Shown piece by piece: positions 47,901-53,900 of a DNA stretch of 54,562 nt. Source of the stretch: Candidatus Omnitrophota bacterium. GTDB lineage: Bacteria; Omnitrophota; Gorgyraeia; Gygaellales; Profunditerraquicolaceae. The notes under the pieces were generated by a model. That model was not told where the DNA came from, did no database searches, and was given only the letters and a program-made list of their open reading frames with translations. Every line of letters begins with the position of its first letter. Position 1 is the stretch's first letter. Made by a program: the position numbers and the translations under genes. The stretch is taken from the NCBI GenBank assembly GCA_023247825.1, contig JAHFFR010000004.1, forward strand, positions 1-54,562. The letters run 5' to 3'.

Positions 47901-50900
47901 TAGAAAATACATTCTGGATCTCTGCTAAGGTTCCTGCGATGCCATACGAATTTCTCTTTAAAACCTCTAATGTCTGTTCTACTGTGGCATCAGGGCCGTA
48001 TTTTCTTTCAAGTAAATATGATTCAAAGGCAATGTTAATGGCATTAATAAACGCATTCCTAATAATCGCTTTTTGATCTTCTAAAAGTGGTATTGTCTTA
48101 ACTATGCCATCTATACTCCCTATAAATTCATTTAACAATTCAATGCGATTCCCGCCGCTGAAAATGTATTTATTAGCTTTTAACTTACTCAATGCCGCGT
48201 TATCCACTCCTCGCTTCGCAAATTCTTCTTTTTCCGGCAGAGTAACTGCTGCTCCATTCCTTACCGCCTTCTGGAAGCGCTCTTCCAACTCCTGAAGGGT
48301 AAATCTGTCGCCAAATTCATCAAGAATATCATCTCCTAATTCTATAATATAAATTAAAAACCCCGCTAATAATTGATATATTTGGTACTTGCGCATATCC
48401 TTTAGAGAAAGCCCAATTAAATTGGTAATAGTATAAATATAAAGCTTATTATGAAACATTAAATTTATTCCCATATTTCTATCCGATTCATCTTCTTCTA
48501 CAATATCTCTAAAGTAACTTAAGATGCTTAAGGTATTCTTTAATCTCATAATTAATCTCGTACTCTTTCCATACCTTGCAGAAATTCCGCCGTCTTTTTC
48601 TTTAGGAGGGGCCTTGCCGGTTACCCTCTCAAAATCTTCTTTTATTTTCTCTGCGGGTAGGAATTCAGATTTATCTTGGTTATTTTCCTTTGTATTTCTT
48701 AATTTTAATAACTGGCAGATAATGTATACCGCAACTGCAGACCACAACGCAATCTCGGTAACAATATCCCGCTCTCCGAAAAATTCTTCTTTGTTTCTCG
48801 TAGGGGCGGGAGTAGCTTGCGGAGTAACAGTAACTTCTATTTCGGGAGTTTTTAGAGGAGCTGCCCTTGTTATCCCTAATTCCTGCGGAGTCTTGCCAAT
48901 CATCTGGTACCATTTGTATTTTTGAGAATAAAGCAGTTTACTACCGGTTGGAGGAATCGCGGACCCTGCCTCCGGGTCAAGAGGAACTTCTCCGTTTTTA
49001 GTCTTTAGTAAAAGGATAAAACGCTCTGGTTTGCCATCATTGTTTGTATCCAAGCCGACAATCTCGCTATCAACCCAAGGTAAATATAGGCAGCTCAAGA
49101 ACACCAGAAGCTCTTCAGGAGTTGCGGATCCGGGCGCTTTTTGAGTCAGATTGTCAAATGTTTTATCCGGTGTCTGAATCGGTTTATTAACATCGTCTCT
49201 GGAGATTAAAGACTTGAAGCCTCCGGATTTTTCTCTTATTTCCGCATAAAGGACGATTAATGGGTGTTTGCTGTATTTAAGAGTAAAGCTTATTGTTTTA
49301 ACACATTCATCAAGAGGGAAATTGGGTGGGATTTCTTGGCCGGCCGCTCTCTCTTTATTTATATAATCTTCAATAATCTCTAATGCTTTATAATCCAACC
49401 CTTCATTGCTTAACGCCGCTGCCGCTTTTATTGCCCCGGCTATGCCTATAGATGAAGCAAGCACCCCTAACCCAAGATATTTTGTGATCTCTTCCATAAA
49501 TTTTCTACGCTTTAACATAATAATGCCATCTTTCTGCTCCCCGCCATCCCTGCCCTGCCTGGATAATTCCTCGAATAACTGTTTCGGGATATCCTTTTTT
49601 GAAATAAGACCCATTGTTAGTAATATACCTCCCAGCGCTTTTAGCCGCGCAATCTCTGTAATATAATGAAGAGAGAAAATATCGTAACCAACATCAGAAC
49701 CTAACTTATACCTAGTAATAATTTCCGGAATTGTTTCCTTGTTTTTTATCATTTCTTCACCCAACCGAAGTACCGCAGGTAATAAACAATCCATTATGAT
49801 TTCTAATTCTTTCATCTCTTCTTCACTGTATTTTATTTTTTTTGCGCCGAAACCAAAAATAGTTTTTACTAGTTGGTGCCCGCGATTAATTGTATAGAAT
49901 AGCAGTTGTTCAAAATTATTCGGTGCCGGATCTCCTAAAAGTGCGCTATCCAGCATTGGAAAGCTTGTAATATCCTTTTGCGCGTCCACATCGCCCGCCA
50001 GCGCTTTTTTCAGCAGATTATCTATCGTTAAAAATCTCTCTATCGCTTTGACCTTTTCAATTGCTGCTTTATAATCAGGATAGGCTTCTAACAGCCGGCT
50101 GTAATTTTCTTCTAATTTTCCGTCGCTTTCCCAATCATTTAACTGCCGGTAAATTTCCTCTTCGGGCTTTCCTTCTTTATTTTTTAATAGTATCCGTATT
50201 ATATATTTGAAATATTTATTCTTTACTTCGCCGGGAAGCTTTTCCAATAAATCATCAGCGCCGCCGTCAAATAATCCAGAAACACCTAACTTTTGTTCTC
50301 CGGCCTTCACAACATCGTCAAGTGTTGATTTCTCAATTAGAAGCATTGAAATCTCATATTCAGAAACATTGGTTGTCTGTAATCTTTTAATAATATCGAC
50401 AACCTCCTTGGTTTTTTTCAGAAGTCCTGGAATCTCAGAGTAGTCAATCCATTTCTTCTGTGCATAGATTGGCAAGTAAAATTTTTCAAACTTCTCGATT
50501 ACTTCATTCCAAACCCAAGTACCGTTACGCACATCATCTCTAAAGGCAAATATTTCGTATATTATTCCTTCTTCTGCGGTTAACATAGAAATTACTAATT
50601 TTCCTGAAGGTTTTAATCTGGTTTTAGTTTTTTCGGGATGGAATCCTCCGATCAGGTATTTATACAGAAAATACGCCCTGTGCAGATCTTCATGCACTGT
50701 CACCCCAGCATCTTCTGATAAAATACTAATAGATACATTATTAAAAGGAGCAGGAAGGATACCGGGATGTATGGTAATCCCGAGAATGCTTGTGGGAAGC
50801 CCCAATTTGCCCTGAAGACCGCTGCCATACCACTTTTTATTTGAGACTACAATTGTAGGAGTTAATGCTTCTAATCCATATATCTCTTTTAAAATTCTAT

Positions 50901-53900
50901 ACTTGTCGTAACCAATTTTTGCCCCTTCAAAATCAGATGTTTTTATAGAAGATACGTTAGGAGCATCGTACTCTCTTAATGCCTCTACAAGTTTATTTAG
51001 ATTTTCCGGGCTATTTATATTCCCTATGATTTCCCTTGCTTTATTCTCTTTTTTCTTTAATTCCTCTATCTTTTGGTCATTTATATTTTGTCTTGTTTTA
51101 TAAGCAACTTCACATTTCGTAAGCGCTTCAAGCGCATCAACCAAAATCATTGGTTTATCTTCGGGATATCCACTATTATCTTTTTTAACTATTATTCCAA
51201 TCCTATTTTTAAATTCTTCCCTCCAATCCAACCACTTCTGAACTCCTTTATCATTAAATAACCAAAGAAGATGACGAGTAGCGCTATATACCAAATCCTG
51301 CCATTTAGCATATCTTACCCATCGTTTCACATCTTTTCCTTTTATCTGTTCTAATATATTATTTTGAAATGCCTGTACTTTTTTATAATCAGCTTGATAC
51401 ATCCATAAATATTTTATAATTTTCTTAAGTAATCCCTCTTTTTCTTCTATCGCCAACTTCTTCATAGCAGTCTCTGTAATCAGAGAAGAATCCTGCTTGG
51501 TTACCGCTGTAATTATTTTCCTTGCCTGTTCGGATAATATACTATCAATGAAACTTTCTATCTTAGGTACATCTACTCCGCTAATAACTTTTACCAGTAT
51601 ATTTTGAATTTCCCATAATGCTCTTGCGCCTATAACTCTGGGATATATCTCCTTGCCAGTGGAATCTATAAATATAAAAGTAGGGGTTGCATTAACATGG
51701 TATAGATACCATGTTGGCATATCTTCATAATCCTTGATTTTTACACACACAAAGTTATCTTTAAAGAATTCTTGCAGTTTTGTGTCTGAGAAGACCTCTT
51801 GCACCATAATTTTACAAGCAGAACATTCGTTTATATCTTTACCAAAATAAATCAGCATTTTTCTTCCGGTTTTTTCAGCTTCTTTTCTTGCTTCTTCCAC
51901 AGAGGTATACCACCATTTCATTATTTCTTGCTCATCTGCAAAAATTGGCTCTTCAGGTATAGATTTTTCTTCTTCAATTTTACCTTCGGGGACAATAATC
52001 CGAGTAAGGCTATCGAAATCAATGACGCGATCGGCAGATTTTTCTTCTTTACGCCTCTTTCTAAAAAATCTATCAAAAATACCAAGAATGGAAAAAGAAA
52101 TGAGAAAACTTTCCGCTTTTCCTGTCCTGCCGCCGTCAGTAGAATCATAATTTTTCTTAAATTTAGAATTCTGTCTTATTAATTGCTTAAGTAACCACAA
52201 AGTTGCTTCTGGCCCTCTTAAGCCAATTATCATCGGGACACAAATCTGTTTTGGATTGTTGGAGTCGCACTTATCAACAGAAAAACTACCTTCTTCTTTA
52301 AGAAATTCGTAGTCATTTCCTTTGGCGTCGCCGCGATCCCCAAATTTTCCCATATCACGGATTTTAATCTTAAGCCGCTTGGCCAAGTTAGACAGCGGTA
52401 TTGACTTATCTACTCCAATTAAAGTTAACTCTACAGCAATACTTGAAGCTGTTGCATTCAATCCTAAATTATGCTGCTCGACAAATTCTGTTAAAGTCTC
52501 CTGATATTTGGGTATAAGTTTATTATCTTTGAAATCAGTAAAGTTAATTTTATATTCGGTAAATCTACTGGTGCATATCCCTCTTACATCCAAAGGATAA
52601 AGGTATTTTTCTTCTTCAAAATAAGAGCGCCACTCTTCTTTGAAACAAACTACATTCGGATTATTTTCTTGCGCATCCCACTCCCAATTAATAAACTTTG
52701 CGACTTGTTTGCGTATATCATCGGGGAATTTAATTTCGTAATAGATTTCACCAGTGCCAACATTATATCCGGAAGCGCCTCCAGAATGATATACATGAAT
52801 CCGCTTAAAGCTATCCGGAGTCAACCGCGGATGTTCTCTTAATTTGGAAACTAAACGGTCTTCTATATATTCCTGCCTGCCGTGGGTAATAATCGCCAAA
52901 TGCATTCCTAATTTCACAACAATATCTACCAAAGCCTCAATCATCTCCTTTGTCGGCTCTTTATCATCGTAAATCGTCCCATCACCATCTACAGCTACCA
53001 CTTTATAATCCCGACTAAGCGCTTCAAGCAATTTTACTTTTAATATACTAGGCTGCCCAACATCTTTAAAAACAGGAGTGATTGGGACTCTATTTCCCGT
53101 GCCGCCGTCACTTTTTCCTTTTTTATCAGAATATTCATTTTTATATAAAGCAGTAAGGTATTTTCTTAACCATTCTTCCTGGGCTTTCCTGCGGTCAGCT
53201 ATAGATTCACCTAAACAAAACGTCTCAAATGATAATCTATCTTTTCCCCGGATTATCAAGCCCTTTTGTTTCTTCCTAAATGCGCCGGTCACTCTGCCGA
53301 TATCGGACTTCTTAATTTCAACCAAATCAAGTTCTCCTTGGTTATATTTATCGATGAGCAAGTCCAATACTCCATCAACGTGAATCCGTTCTGATTCGGG
53401 CCTTTTTTCATTAATAACATCGGTGATCTCTTCGGGAATAAACGGGGTATTGAAATCTCTGGCTGCCAAATAATTGTCTATTTCCATAACAATCTTTTGC
53501 TTATACAATCCGCGCATTGCCTTTATTGCCTGCTCTCTTAATACCAGCCAATAAGATATTTCCTGAGAATATTCTTTTTGACTATTGCTAATAACATAAA
53601 ATCGACTGTGATCATTTTGTTCCTCATTGACTATTATTGCAATATCTGCGAAAGTCTTATTTTGACCGGAGAATATTGTGCTATTTTGCAAGTTTGCCCT
53701 TTTTACTGATTTTTCCATGACATGTCCATAATCTTCCTTCGAAAGGACAATAACTTCCCAGTCCTCAGGCGGGATACTTTTTTCAACAACGGCTTCGTCA
53801 GGAGCTAAAAATGTTTTTCTACTGCCAAAAATATTTATTCTTTCAGTTAAGAAAGATTCGGGGGCTATCTTTTTGTGCGGCTCAATCTTAAAATCTTTCT

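Larger units (their letters stand above)
32929..53109 (-). repeat. Dispersed in-frame DGG junction motif (consensus GAC-GGC-GGN), 19 copies
   Basis: 9-nt sites starting at 53101, 52129, 50260, 49540, 48586, 47446, 46594, 46078, 44926, 43279, 42724, 41566, 40435, 39760 (DGE), 39127, 37171, 35230, 34879 and 32929 (past the stop); all in the giant ORF's frame. Confidence 0.85.

Noticed and set aside
32929-53109. DGG repeats as a CRISPR array or classical integron attC sites
   Set aside because: The repeats are only ~9 bp, in frame, spaced by 350-1,960 bp of coding sequence, and lack attC R/L-box palindromes; no cas or integrase gene is in the window.
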